Of a DNA stretch of 64,000 nucleotides, positions 48,913 through 59,803 are shown in pieces. Made by a program: the position numbers and the translations under genes. Numbering within the stretch: the stretch's first letter is position 1; each line of letters opens with the position of its first letter. A model generated the notes under the pieces. That model saw nothing but the letters and a program-made list of their open reading frames with translations. It searched no databases and was not told where the DNA came from. Source of the DNA: Alphaproteobacteria bacterium (lineage in GTDB: Bacteria; Pseudomonadota; Alphaproteobacteria; UBA828); assembly GCA_965214705.1 (NCBI GenBank), contig OZ243972.1, forward strand, positions 1,984,001 to 2,048,000, in the 5' to 3' direction.

Positions 48913-50465
48913 TGGTCGGCGCGCCTCGCCTCTCCTACGCCCAGCTGCTGGAAACCAACAACCTCCTGCAAACCTTCACGGACGAGACCTACTGGCTCTG
49001 CGTCACGCGCACCGTGCAGGAATCGAAGCTCTTCCCGGTGCCGCCCTACATGCTGCTCTCGTACCTCAACGCGTTCTACCGCTATCCCTCGCTCTTGCGG
49101 AAAGTGGAGAGCGTGATGACGGCGGAAGAGATCGGCGACCGCGCCCGAGCAGGGCGCCCGCCCGGCAAGAGCGCCATGGGCTGGGGGATGCCGGGCTTCT
49201 ACCTGCTCGGCCGCGAGTGGCTCATCAACATGGGCCTGCTGCGCCCGCAGGACGCTGCCGAGGACGTCGTCTACCTGATGGATTTCTGGAAGCGCCTGCA
49301 GCTTTCCTGGCACCGCAACGACGGCCACATCACCAACAAGGAGTTCGGCCACCGCTGCCAGGTCCTGCCTGAGCGCAGGCTTCAGGTGTTTGAGTCCGAC
49401 GCCTACGGCTGCGAGGCAGGCGATCCGCTGCACAGCGCGGCGACGCAGTTCATGGCTTCTGCGGCGCAATACGGATTTCTCGTGAGCTGCGAGAGCCGCA
49501 TCAGCCTGCTCAATACCGGGCCCTACAAGCTGGCCGACGGCAACGAGATGATCGTCCGCGAATTCATGGACCTCGGCGAAGGCGACTTTCCCTGGCTCGA
49601 CGACGTGGCGGCCGACATCCCCTACAACAATCTCACCGTCCCGATGCTGGTGAAGGACTGCCACTTCTACTTGGTCGACGACTGGGGAAGCTTCGAATCC
49701 GAGCCCGAGTTCCGGGCCGAAAACATCGTCGGCGTCGGCCTCTACACCTCCGACCCGCTCACCGACGGGCACATTCCGGTGGGAATGGAGAGTCGTGAGG
49801 CCCTGACCGAGACCTTCCGCACGCTGGACGGGCTCTTCAAGGAGGCGACGGCGCGGCTCTGGAAGCGCATCGCGGGCTGGAGCCGCGACCAGATGCTCGA
49901 CGCGGGCGCGCTCACCTATTTCGGCATCTGCAAGGACCTCGCCCACGTCGCGGGCGTCTACGCCCAAGAGGACTGGATGCTGATCGACGAGCGCGCCGAG
50001 CGCTTCCGCCCCCTGCTCAACGACGAGTTCAGCCGCGACTGCCTGGGCGAGCTGGTCGGGCTGCTGACGCTGCCCAGCCATCGTCTGTCCTCCTACAGCA
50101 TGATGCAGCATGGCAATGGCCCAACCCGCATGTACACACCGATCCCCTACGCGGTCCTGGACGGCGAGGATTACGTGCCCACCTGCGGCCCGGTCTATCC
50201 AGGTGCCACCACGCTTCCGGCCAAGGCCGACCGCTACTGCACCAGCCAGGGCGTGTTGACGCTGGAGGAGTACAACGCGCGGGTTCGCGCCTTCACACCC
50301 CAATCCGGCCGGTATCGTTTCCTGGACGAGACCTGGCTCAAGTACAACCACGACACAGCGCGGGCGGACGAGATGTACCGGCACGAGCAGGAGCGAGCGC
50401 GGAAGCTCCAGGGTCGCGGGGCCTCGCTCGGCGCTGCGGAGCTGGCGGCGCTCCCCCGCGACTAG
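48912..50465 (+). CDS. hypothetical protein (517 aa), unknown family
   Basis: Long ORF with host-like codon use, translationally coupled to the upstream gene; no motif recognised. Confidence 0.85.
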   Translation: MVGAPRLSYAQLLETNNLLQTFTDETYWLCVTRTVQESKLFPVPPYMLLSYLNAFYRYPSLLRKVESVMTAEEIGDRARAGRPPGKSAMGWGMPGFYLLGREWLINMGLLRPQDAAEDVVYLMDFWKRLQLSWHRNDGHITNKEFGHRCQVLPERRLQVFESDAYGCEAGDPLHSAATQFMASAAQYGFLVSCESRISLLNTGPYKLADGNEMIVREFMDLGEGDFPWLDDVAADIPYNNLTVPMLVKDCHFYLVDDWGSFESEPEFRAENIVGVGLYTSDPLTDGHIPVGMESREALTETFRTLDGLFKEATARLWKRIAGWSRDQMLDAGALTYFGICKDLAHVAGVYAQEDWMLIDERAERFRPLLNDEFSRDCLGELVGLLTLPSHRLSSYSMMQHGNGPTRMYTPIPYAVLDGEDYVPTCGPVYPGATTLPAKADRYCTSQGVLTLEEYNARVRAFTPQSGRYRFLDETWLKYNHDTARADEMYRHEQERARKLQGRGASLGAAELAALPRD

Positions 50466-50506
50466 GCGCGCGCGCCTCTCCCCACGCATCCGGACGACCT
50501 GACCTC

Positions 50507-52000
50507 ATGCAGATCGGTGAGTACATCCGGCGCGCAGCGCAGATGTTCGGCCAGGCGCCGGCGCTGACAGAGGGCACACGCACGCTGAGCTTCCGCGAGT
50601 TCGATGCGGCGACGGACCGGCTCGGCAACGCGCTGCTGGCGCAAGGCTTCGAGCCGGGTGACCGCGTCGGCGTGCTGCTGCCCAACGGGATCGATTGCCT
50701 GATCGCATACTACGCCCTCGCCAAGTCGGACCTCGTGCGGGTCTCGCTCAACGTCCGCGAGACAGCGGCGGATCACCGCTACAAGCTCGGCGACAGCGGT
50801 GCGCGCGGCCTCATCCACGACGATGTCGACGGCGCCGAGGGCTTCGGCGCGCCGATGGTCTACGGCACCCATGCGTTGCGCCGTCTCATCGACGACGGGC
50901 CGGCCGGTGCCTGCCGCGTGGACCGCGACCTTGAGGCCCCCTTTCGCCTGGGCTTTACCGGCGGAACCACCGGCGCGCCCAAGGCGGTCACGCTGACCAC
51001 GCTGGGCGAGACCGCGGAGCTCGCGGCCTTTCTCATGGACCTGGTGCCTGATCTCGCACCGGGCGACCGCTTCCTCCACGCCGCTCCCATCGCGCACGCA
51101 TCAGGCGCCTTCTTCCTGCCCTCCCTGGTGCGGGGCGTGCACCAGCTAATCATGCCGCACTTCAACGCCGCCGGCCTCATCGCCATGGCGGCGCAGGCGC
51201 GCGCGACCCACACGTTTCTGGTGCCGACCATGCTGGCCATGATCATGGAGGAGCCCGCGCTGGAGACCGCCGACCTCGGCTTCAAGCGCATCTGCTACGG
51301 CGCCTCGCCGATCGCGCCGAGCCTCTTGGAGCGTGCCATGGCTCGTTTTGGACCGGTCTTCGCCCAGACTTACGGCCAGGCGGAATCCCCCATGGTGATC
51401 ACCTTCCTCCGGCCGGAAGACCACGACCGCGTGGGCTCGTGCGGGCGGCCCTATACCACCGTCGACGTGGCAATCTTCGACGATGACGACAGGCCGGTGC
51501 CCGCCGGCGAGCAGGGCGAGATCGTCTGCCGCGGCACCCAGCTCATGGCCCGTTACTGGAACCGCCCGGAAGAGACCGCCAAGGCTTTCCGCAACGGTTG
51601 GCTCCATACCGGCGACATCGGTCGCATGGACCAGGACGGCTTCGTCTACATACTTGATCGCAAGAACGACATGCTCATCAGCGGCGGCTACAACGTCTAT
51701 CCCCGCGAGATCGAGGATGTGCTGCTGGCCCACGAAGGCGTCGTCGAGGCTGCGGTCGTAGGCTTGCCGGACGAAAAATGGGGCGACCGCGTCCACGCCG
51801 TGGTCGCCGGACGGCCCGGCCTGGACCCGGAGACGGTGCGGCAGTTCTGCCGCGAGAGACTCGCCGGCTACAAGTGCCCGAAGAGCGTCGAGATCTGGAA
51901 CGCGCTGCCCAAGAGCGGGGCCGGCAAGCTCCTGCGTCGCGCGGTGCGCGACCGCGTTATCGCCTCCGCCGACGCAACGCCTGAGCGGCAGAGTGCCTGA
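50507..52000 (+). CDS. acyl/aryl-CoA ligase (AMP-binding)
   Basis: FTGGTTGAPK, YGQAE, WLHTGD, GGYNVYPREIE, PKSGAGK. Confidence 0.93.
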   Translation: MQIGEYIRRAAQMFGQAPALTEGTRTLSFREFDAATDRLGNALLAQGFEPGDRVGVLLPNGIDCLIAYYALAKSDLVRVSLNVRETAADHRYKLGDSGARGLIHDDVDGAEGFGAPMVYGTHALRRLIDDGPAGACRVDRDLEAPFRLGFTGGTTGAPKAVTLTTLGETAELAAFLMDLVPDLAPGDRFLHAAPIAHASGAFFLPSLVRGVHQLIMPHFNAAGLIAMAAQARATHTFLVPTMLAMIMEEPALETADLGFKRICYGASPIAPSLLERAMARFGPVFAQTYGQAESPMVITFLRPEDHDRVGSCGRPYTTVDVAIFDDDDRPVPAGEQGEIVCRGTQLMARYWNRPEETAKAFRNGWLHTGDIGRMDQDGFVYILDRKNDMLISGGYNVYPREIEDVLLAHEGVVEAAVVGLPDEKWGDRVHAVVAGRPGLDPETVRQFCRERLAGYKCPKSVEIWNALPKSGAGKLLRRAVRDRVIASADATPERQSA

Positions 52001-52003
52001 GCA

Positions 52004-52606
52004 ATGACCGACGCCTATCTCGTCCTGCACGGCCTCGCGATCAAGAAGCACGCGGACGCCGCGGCGGTCGCCGCCGCGCTTGGACTCGCCGAAGACGAGG
52101 TGCGCGCCATGCTGGAGGATGCAGTGACGAAGGGCCGTGCAGCGTGCGCGGGCGAGGCATATTCGCTCACACCCGTCGCCCGTGTGGCGCTCGACGGGGC
52201 CTATTCCAGGCTGTTCGCCGCGCAACGGACCGATGCAGCCTTCGCCGCTGCCCACGAGCGCTTCGAGGCGATCAATCGAGAGCTCAAGGCACTGATGACC
52301 GCGTGGCAGACCATCGAAATCGATGGCGAGAGCGTGCTAAACGATCACTCCAACAAGGACTACGACGACAGACTGATCGATCGCCTCGGCGCCCTGCACG
52401 AGCGGGCCGAGGCGATCCTCCGGCAGCTCACCGCTGGTTTGCCGCGCCTCGCAATTTACGCCGAGAAGCTCGAGGCCGCGCTGGAGAGGGCCGAGGCCGG
52501 CGCTATCGAGTGGATCAGTGGCGCTAAGATCGAATCCTATCACACCGTGTGGTTCGAGCTTCACGAGGATCTGCTGCGGATCCTCGGCCGCACGCGGCAG
52601 GAGTAG
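52004..52606 (+). CDS. wHTH-containing protein resembling mycobacterial Rv1126c (PPDK partner)
   Basis: TAWQ, NDH...YD, SYHTVWFELHEDL; directly upstream of the truncated PPDK. Confidence 0.7.
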   Translation: MTDAYLVLHGLAIKKHADAAAVAAALGLAEDEVRAMLEDAVTKGRAACAGEAYSLTPVARVALDGAYSRLFAAQRTDAAFAAAHERFEAINRELKALMTAWQTIEIDGESVLNDHSNKDYDDRLIDRLGALHERAEAILRQLTAGLPRLAIYAEKLEAALERAEAGAIEWISGAKIESYHTVWFELHEDLLRILGRTRQE

Positions 52607-52608
52607 GC

Positions 52609-54369
52609 ATGGCTGACCTCGGCCGCTGGGTCCTTCCCCTCGATGGCGCCGCGCTGCCCGACCGCGCGCTCATCGGCGGCAAGGCGTGGGGTGTCGCCGT
52701 CATGCGCCACGCGGGCCTGCCGGTGCCGCCTGCCTTTGTGGCGACCACCGAGGCCTGCCGCGCCTACCTCGCCGAGGGCCAGTTGCCGGACGGCCTCCTC
52801 GACGAGCTTTACGCCGGCATCACCATGCTTGAGGCCGAGACCGGGCGTCGCTTCGGCGTGCTCGAGCGCCCGCTGCTGCTGGCCGTCCGCTCCGGCGCCG
52901 CCGTCAGCATGCCGGGCATGCTGGACACGGTGCTCAACCTGGGAATGAGCGAAGAGATCGAGGCGGCTCTAGCGCGGGAGAGCGGCGACACCGCCTTTGC
53001 CCGTGACACGCATCGGCGCTTCCACGAGATGTATTCGCGCATCGTGCTCAAGGCGGGGATCGACGGTCTGCCTCCCGAGGGGAGCGTGGAGACATGGCGG
53101 GCGGCGGTAGCGGAGGCGGGGGCTGCGGGAAGCGTGCCGACGGACCCGCGCGATCAGCTTCTGGGCGCGGTCCGTGCCGTGTTCGACTCGTGGAACGGGC
53201 GGCGCGCGAAACGTTATCGCCGGCATCACGGGCTCCCGGACGACGGGGGGACTGCGGTGACGATACAGGCCATGGTGTTCGGCAACCTCGGCGAGAACAG
53301 CGGGACCGGCGTCCTCTTCAGCCGCAATCCGCTCTGCGGGGCGCCCGAGCCATACGGCGAATACCTTGCCCGTGCCCAGGGGGAGGACGTGGTCTCCGGC
53401 CAGCGGACGCCGCAGGGACTGGATGCGCTGGCATCGACCCTGCCGGACGCGCACGACGCGCTGATCGACGCCGCCCGACGGCTCGAAGCGCTGAACCGGG
53501 ATGTGCAGGACATCGAGTTCTCGGTACAAGAAGGCGCGCTCTACCTGTTGCAGACCCGTGCCGCCGCGCGGGCTCCCGCCGCGGCCGTCCGCATCGCGGT
53601 CGATCTGGTGAACGAGGGAACGATCTCCACCGACGAAGCTCTCGCCCGCGTCAGTGCGAGCCAGGTCCGCACGCTGCTCATGCCTCGTCTCGCCGATGGC
53701 GCCGCCGAGACCGCCCCCCTTCTCGCGGAGGGAGAGGGCGCGAGCCCCGGCGTCGGCATCGGTGAGGTCGTGCTGGACGCCGATACAGCCGAGGCTCGCG
53801 GTGCAGCCGGCGAGGACGTGGTGCTGGTGCGGCCGACGACCAGCCCGGAGGATGTGCACGGCATAGTCGTCGCCCGCGCGGTCGTGACGGCGACCGGGGG
53901 TGCGACCTCCCATGCCGCCGTGGTCAGCCGCTCCCTCGGCGTCCCCTGCGTCGTCGGCTGCGGCGCCCGCGCGAGCGATGCCCTCGCAGGCAGGGAGGTG
54001 ACGGTGGATGGCAAGGCGGGACAAGTGTTCGACGGCGCATTGCCGGTGAGCGCACCCGCGGAGACGGACGATCCGCACCTGTGTCAGATCACGGACTGGG
54101 CTCGCGCGGCCGCGCCGCTCGCGGTCTACCGCGCAGATGAGGCAGCGCCCAGCGATGCGCTCGAACTCGACCGCCTGCCCGGCGGCGAAGACACCGAGAG
54201 GTTGCTGGGGCTGTTACGGGGGGTATCGGGTGCCAGCGGGGGCGCACTTGCCAGTGATGCGGGCGTCGCGGCCGCTGTTGCCGCCGGTCTCGACTTCATC
54301 GTCGTCCGCCACGCCCTGCCGGCACTGCTCGCGGCCTGTGGCGCTGCGCGCGCGGAGCCGCCCGCATGA
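52609..54369 (+). CDS. PPDK-like protein: ATP-grasp + His swivel, no pyruvate-binding barrel
   Basis: IGGKA, VRSGAAVSMPGMLDT, AQGEDVVSG, DIEF, LQTR, GGATSHAAVVSR; ends ~100 aa after the swivel domain. Confidence 0.88.
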   Translation: MADLGRWVLPLDGAALPDRALIGGKAWGVAVMRHAGLPVPPAFVATTEACRAYLAEGQLPDGLLDELYAGITMLEAETGRRFGVLERPLLLAVRSGAAVSMPGMLDTVLNLGMSEEIEAALARESGDTAFARDTHRRFHEMYSRIVLKAGIDGLPPEGSVETWRAAVAEAGAAGSVPTDPRDQLLGAVRAVFDSWNGRRAKRYRRHHGLPDDGGTAVTIQAMVFGNLGENSGTGVLFSRNPLCGAPEPYGEYLARAQGEDVVSGQRTPQGLDALASTLPDAHDALIDAARRLEALNRDVQDIEFSVQEGALYLLQTRAAARAPAAAVRIAVDLVNEGTISTDEALARVSASQVRTLLMPRLADGAAETAPLLAEGEGASPGVGIGEVVLDADTAEARGAAGEDVVLVRPTTSPEDVHGIVVARAVVTATGGATSHAAVVSRSLGVPCVVGCGARASDALAGREVTVDGKAGQVFDGALPVSAPAETDDPHLCQITDWARAAAPLAVYRADEAAPSDALELDRLPGGEDTERLLGLLRGVSGASGGALASDAGVAAAVAAGLDFIVVRHALPALLAACGAARAEPPA

Positions 54370-54836
54370 GCATCGACCGCAAGGAGGTCGAGGCGCTGGT
54401 CCGCCTCTTCGAGCGCTCGGACTGGCACGAGCTCCGGCTCGAGACCGACGGCTTGAAGCTGGTGCTGTCGAAGGACGCTGATGCGGCCCCGATCGACTTG
54501 GCGGCGGAGGCTGCAGGAGCTTCGGCGGAGCAAGCCCAGCCGGTGCCGGCGCCCGAGGAGGTGCCAGCCGACGGGCTTGTCCCGATCACGGCGCCTAATC
54601 TCGGCACCTTCTACCGCGCGCCGAAACCGGGAGTCGCGCCCTACGTGGAGGTCGGCCAGCAGATCGGCGAAGCGACCGAAGTATGCCTGATCGAGGTGAT
54701 GAAGCTGTTCACGCCGGTGCGGGCCGGGATCAGCGGCCGGATCGCCAAGGCCTGCGTCGAGGACGGTGAGATGGTGGAGTTCGGCGCGCCGCTGTTTCTG
54801 GTCGAGCCGGAGGCAGAGACGGCCGAGCCTGCGTGA
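54366..54836 (+). CDS. biotin carboxyl carrier protein
   Basis: GTFYRAP, IEVMKLF biotinylation motif. Confidence 0.93.
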   Translation: MSIDRKEVEALVRLFERSDWHELRLETDGLKLVLSKDADAAPIDLAAEAAGASAEQAQPVPAPEEVPADGLVPITAPNLGTFYRAPKPGVAPYVEVGQQIGEATEVCLIEVMKLFTPVRAGISGRIAKACVEDGEMVEFGAPLFLVEPEAETAEPA

Positions 54837-56194
54837 TGGCCCTCTCGCGGGTCTTCGTCGCCAACAGGGGCGAGATCGCCGTGCGCATCGTTCGCGCATG
54901 CCGCGCGCTCGGCCTTGAGAGCGTCGTCGGCGTCTCCGACGCGGACCGCGAGGGCTTGGCGGCGGAGCTCGCGGACCGAGCGGTCGTGCTGGGTCCGGCG
55001 CCGGCACGGGACAGCTATCTCAATGCCAATTTGGTGGTGCACGCGGCGAAGGCGACCGGGTGCGATGCATTGCATCCGGGCTACGGCTTCCTCTCCGAAT
55101 CGGCGGCGCTTGCCGGGCTGAGCGAGCGGGAGGAGATCGCGTTTGTGGGACCGCGGGCCGAGACCATCGAGCGGCTCGGCGACAAGCTCACCGCCCGCGC
55201 CATCGCTGCCGAGGCGGGCGTGCCCATCGTTGCCGGCTCGGGTGAAATCCGCTCGGCGGCAGACGCCCGCAGGTTCGCCGCGCAGGCCGGCTATCCGGTG
55301 CTGATGAAGGCCAGCGCCGGCGGCGGCGGGCGGGGCATGTTCGTTGCGCGGACGGAGGCGGACATCGACGACGGCTTCGAGCGCTCATCGGCGGAGGCCG
55401 AGGCTGCCTTCGGCGACGGGGCGCTCTTCGTCGAACGCTTCGTCGAGGACGCGCGCCACGTCGAGGTCCAGATCATGGGGGACGGCGCCGGCGCGGTCGT
55501 CCACTTCGGCGAGCGGGATTGCTCCGTGCAACGGCGTTTTCAGAAGATGGTGGAGGAAGCGCCGGCGGCCGCGCTGCCGGCCGAGGCGCGAACGCAGATT
55601 CACGACGCCGCCTGCCGGCTCGCGCGCCATCTCGACTACCGGAGCGCGGGCACGGTCGAGTTCCTCTACGACGTGGCGCGCGGCGAGGCCTACTTCATCG
55701 AAGCCAACGTGCGTATTCAGGTGGAGCATCCGGTGACAGAGGAAGTCACCGGCATCGACCTGATCGAGGAGCAGCTGCGCATCGCAAGCGGCGGCGGGCT
55801 CAGCGTCGCGCAGGAGGACATCGCGCTGAGCGGCCACGCCATCGAATGCCGGATCAACGCCGAGGCGCCGGAGCGGGACTTTGCGCCATCGCCCGGCCTG
55901 ATCGCCGCCTGGTGCGCGCCGAAGGGCCAGGGCATCCGTATCGACAGCCATTGCCGCGCCGGCGCCTTCGTTCCCCCTTTCTACGACAGCATGATCGCCA
56001 AGCTGATCGTGCGCGCCGACGATCGCGCCGAGGCGGTGACCCGCATGGGCGGTGCGTTGGAGAAATTTAGGATCGACGGGATCGACACGAACCTTGCCTT
56101 CCAGGCGCGCCTGGTGCGGCACCCTGATTTCGTGGCCAACAGGCTCAACACGCGCTGGCTGGAGGATGTCTTCATGCCCTCGCTGACGCACTGA
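54836..56194 (+). CDS. biotin carboxylase
   Basis: ANRGEIA, HPGYGFLSE, GGGGRGM, RDCSVQRR, RIQVEHPVTE, YDSMIAK. Confidence 0.95.
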   Translation: MALSRVFVANRGEIAVRIVRACRALGLESVVGVSDADREGLAAELADRAVVLGPAPARDSYLNANLVVHAAKATGCDALHPGYGFLSESAALAGLSEREEIAFVGPRAETIERLGDKLTARAIAAEAGVPIVAGSGEIRSAADARRFAAQAGYPVLMKASAGGGGRGMFVARTEADIDDGFERSSAEAEAAFGDGALFVERFVEDARHVEVQIMGDGAGAVVHFGERDCSVQRRFQKMVEEAPAAALPAEARTQIHDAACRLARHLDYRSAGTVEFLYDVARGEAYFIEANVRIQVEHPVTEEVTGIDLIEEQLRIASGGGLSVAQEDIALSGHAIECRINAEAPERDFAPSPGLIAAWCAPKGQGIRIDSHCRAGAFVPPFYDSMIAKLIVRADDRAEAVTRMGGALEKFRIDGIDTNLAFQARLVRHPDFVANRLNTRWLEDVFMPSLTH

Positions 56195-56205
56195 GCGGAG
56201 CACCG

Positions 56206-57666
56206 ATGGCGCACATCGAATTCCTCGACGAGACCATGCGGGACGGGCAGCAGAGCCTGTGGGGCATGCGCATGCAGGCCGGCATGGCGCTCCCCATTGC
56301 CCCGGTGATCGACCGGGTCGGCTACCGCGTGGTGGACCTCACCGGCTCCAGCCTCTTCGAGGTGCTGATCCGCCATTGCCGCGAGAACCCGTGGGAGGGC
56401 CTCGACCTCTTGGTCGACGCCATGCCCAACAGCACGATTCGCGGCGGCATGCGCAGCAACGCGAGCGTCACCTTTGGCGTAACGCCCGATGCGCTTATGG
56501 ACGTCTGGATGCGGCAGCTCTGCGTGCACGGCTGCCGCAGCTTCTGGATTTACGACGTGCTCTTCAACATCGACAAGACCCACCGCCTCGCCAAGGTGGC
56601 CAAGGAGTTCGGCGCGGAGGTGGCAGGCGCCATCATGTTCACGCTGAGCCCCGTGCATACCGACGACTACTACGCCGACAAGGCAGACAAGCTCTCAGCC
56701 TCGCCGGATATCGACACCATCCTGCTTTACGACACTGGCGGTGTGCTGGAGCCCGACCGCATGCACACGCTGGTGCCGGCCATTATGGCGAAGGCGCGCG
56801 GCAAGCCCATCGAGTTCCACTCGAATAATCTGCTGGGCGCCTCCGGCCGCGCCTACGTTGAGGCAATCGAGCTCGGCATCCACATTCTGCACACCGCCTG
56901 CGGGCCGATGGCGAACGGCCCGTCGGTCCCCTCGGTCGAGGTGATGACGCGGAACGTCGAACACCTTGGCCACACCCACAACATCGACTGCTCGCTGCTA
57001 CCCGAGATCGCCGAGCACTTCGAGCGCGTGGCCGGAGCTGCGGGTTTCTCTATCGGCGTGCCCCAGGAATACGATCTCTTCTCGGTGCGGCATCAGGTGC
57101 CGGGCGGGATGATGGGCACGCTCAAGGCGCAGCTCGTCCAGCACGAGATGGCGGACCGGCTCGACGACGTGCTGGAGGAGACCGGCCGCGTGCGCCGCGA
57201 GCTCGGCTACCCCGGTATGGCGACGCCCTTCTCCCAGCTCGTCGGCACCCTCGCTGTGCTCAACATCGTAAGCGGCGAGCGCTACGCCGTGATTCCCGAC
57301 GAGGTGATCCAGTATGCCGGCGGGCACTACGGTGAGCCGGTAGCGCCCATCGACGAAGACGTGCTGGACCGGATCATGGCCGCACCGCGTGCCAGGGAAG
57401 TGCTGGCCGAGCCGCCGGAGCAGCCCACGGTTGCCGAACTGCGCAGGCGCCACGGCACCGACGATGACGACGAGCTGATCCTGCGCGCTCTGGTGCCGGC
57501 GGCAGACCTCGAAAGGATGCGGGCCGCTGGCCCGGTGAAGCGGGACTTCCCGATCCTGTCCACGCCGGAGCTCGAGCACGTGCGCAAACTCATGATGCTG
57601 TCGACCTCGAAGTATGTCGAGGTGCAGACCGCGACGCTCTCGGTCTCGCTGCGACGGGCGGGCTGA
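56206..57666 (+). CDS. carboxyltransferase of the pyruvate carboxylase B / OadA type, without biotinyl domain
   Basis: DETMRDGQQSL, RENPWE, HQVPGGM, LGYP..TPFSQ. Confidence 0.88.
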   Translation: MAHIEFLDETMRDGQQSLWGMRMQAGMALPIAPVIDRVGYRVVDLTGSSLFEVLIRHCRENPWEGLDLLVDAMPNSTIRGGMRSNASVTFGVTPDALMDVWMRQLCVHGCRSFWIYDVLFNIDKTHRLAKVAKEFGAEVAGAIMFTLSPVHTDDYYADKADKLSASPDIDTILLYDTGGVLEPDRMHTLVPAIMAKARGKPIEFHSNNLLGASGRAYVEAIELGIHILHTACGPMANGPSVPSVEVMTRNVEHLGHTHNIDCSLLPEIAEHFERVAGAAGFSIGVPQEYDLFSVRHQVPGGMMGTLKAQLVQHEMADRLDDVLEETGRVRRELGYPGMATPFSQLVGTLAVLNIVSGERYAVIPDEVIQYAGGHYGEPVAPIDEDVLDRIMAAPRAREVLAEPPEQPTVAELRRRHGTDDDDELILRALVPAADLERMRAAGPVKRDFPILSTPELEHVRKLMMLSTSKYVEVQTATLSVSLRRAG

Positions 57667-57667
57667 C

Positions 57668-58837
<1,170 letters not shown>

Positions 58838-58846
58838 GGGCGCCGC

Positions 58847-59587
58847 CTACGCTGCCAGGTAGTGGCCGCCGTTGACGAAGATGGTCTGTCCCTGGACGAA
58901 CGCGGCCTCCGGGCGCGCGAGGAAGCGAATCACGCTGGTGTAGTCCTCGTCCTGTACGCCGCGCCCGCTCGGGTTGGTCTCGGCGGCGTGCTTCACGATC
59001 TCGTCCGCCCGATCGCCGAACAGCGCCCGCACCGCATCGGTATGGACCACGCCCGGCGCGACGCAGTTGATGCGGATGCCGCGCGGCGCGAGCTCGCTTG
59101 CGAGATAGCGCACCAGCGATTCCGCAAGTGCTTTGGCGACGCCGATGGCGGCGTAGTTGGGCACCACGGTGCGTCCGCCCCGGCTTGTGAGGAAGAAAAC
59201 GGTGCTGCCGCGCACGAGCAGCGGATCGGCCGCCTGCACGAGGTAGAGCAGCGCCGTGCCGTTGAGGTTGACGGCGGCGGTGAAGTCGTCCGCGTCGCAG
59301 TCGAGCGCAGGCTTGGGAATGGCTCGGACGGCGCAGTGCACGAGCTGGTCGAGCGTGTCCGTCCGCTCTGCCACCGCGGCGAGCACGGCACGGGCCCCCT
59401 CCGGCGTGCCGACATCCCGCTTGATTACATGACAGCGCGCGCCCGCCGATTCGACCAGGGACCGGGCCTCGCCCGCCGCATCGTCGTCGCCCGCATAGTT
59501 GAGAAACACGTCCACGCCCGGTTCGGCGAAGGCGAGCGCGATGGCGCGTCCGATGCCCTTGGTCCCGCCGGTAATCAGGATCGACAT
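58847..59587 (-). CDS. SDR, FabL-like enoyl reductase
   Basis: TGGTKGIG, YAAIGVAK, VRYLASELAPRGIRIN. Confidence 0.85.
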   Translation of the reverse strand: MSILITGGTKGIGRAIALAFAEPGVDVFLNYAGDDDAAGEARSLVESAGARCHVIKRDVGTPEGARAVLAAVAERTDTLDQLVHCAVRAIPKPALDCDADDFTAAVNLNGTALLYLVQAADPLLVRGSTVFFLTSRGGRTVVPNYAAIGVAKALAESLVRYLASELAPRGIRINCVAPGVVHTDAVRALFGDRADEIVKHAAETNPSGRGVQDEDYTSVIRFLARPEAAFVQGQTIFVNGGHYLAA

Positions 59588-59670
59588 GACGCCCTCACTC
59601 TACGCTGCACCTTCGGACAAGCCGCCCATAAGTGTTTGATGCTACCACGCAATAGTATCGACTGCGCTGC

Positions 59671-59698
59671 TTGACGGAGGCCCTTCCGTCGATAGACT
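59671..59698 (+). promoter_or_regulatory. possible sigma70 promoter
   Basis: TTGACG-N16-TAGACT in the divergent intergenic region. Confidence 0.35.
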
Positions 59699-59803
59699 GC
59701 CGCCCTCCCGGCGAGTCGCTCAAGACCATCCCGCTGGCGGCGCCCGGCATACTGATCGGGCGCGGCGTGCGCTGGCGCTGGACCGCGTGAGGGGATTCGA
59801 CAC

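Noticed and set aside
52609-54369. Canonical gluconeogenic PPDK
   Set aside because: About 586 aa with no PEP/pyruvate-binding barrel; the stop overlaps the next gene cleanly, so no frameshifted remainder exists.
54366-56194. Housekeeping accBC of fatty-acid synthesis
   Set aside because: Coupled to a PycB/OadA-type carboxyltransferase in a catabolic operon; no accA/accD nearby.
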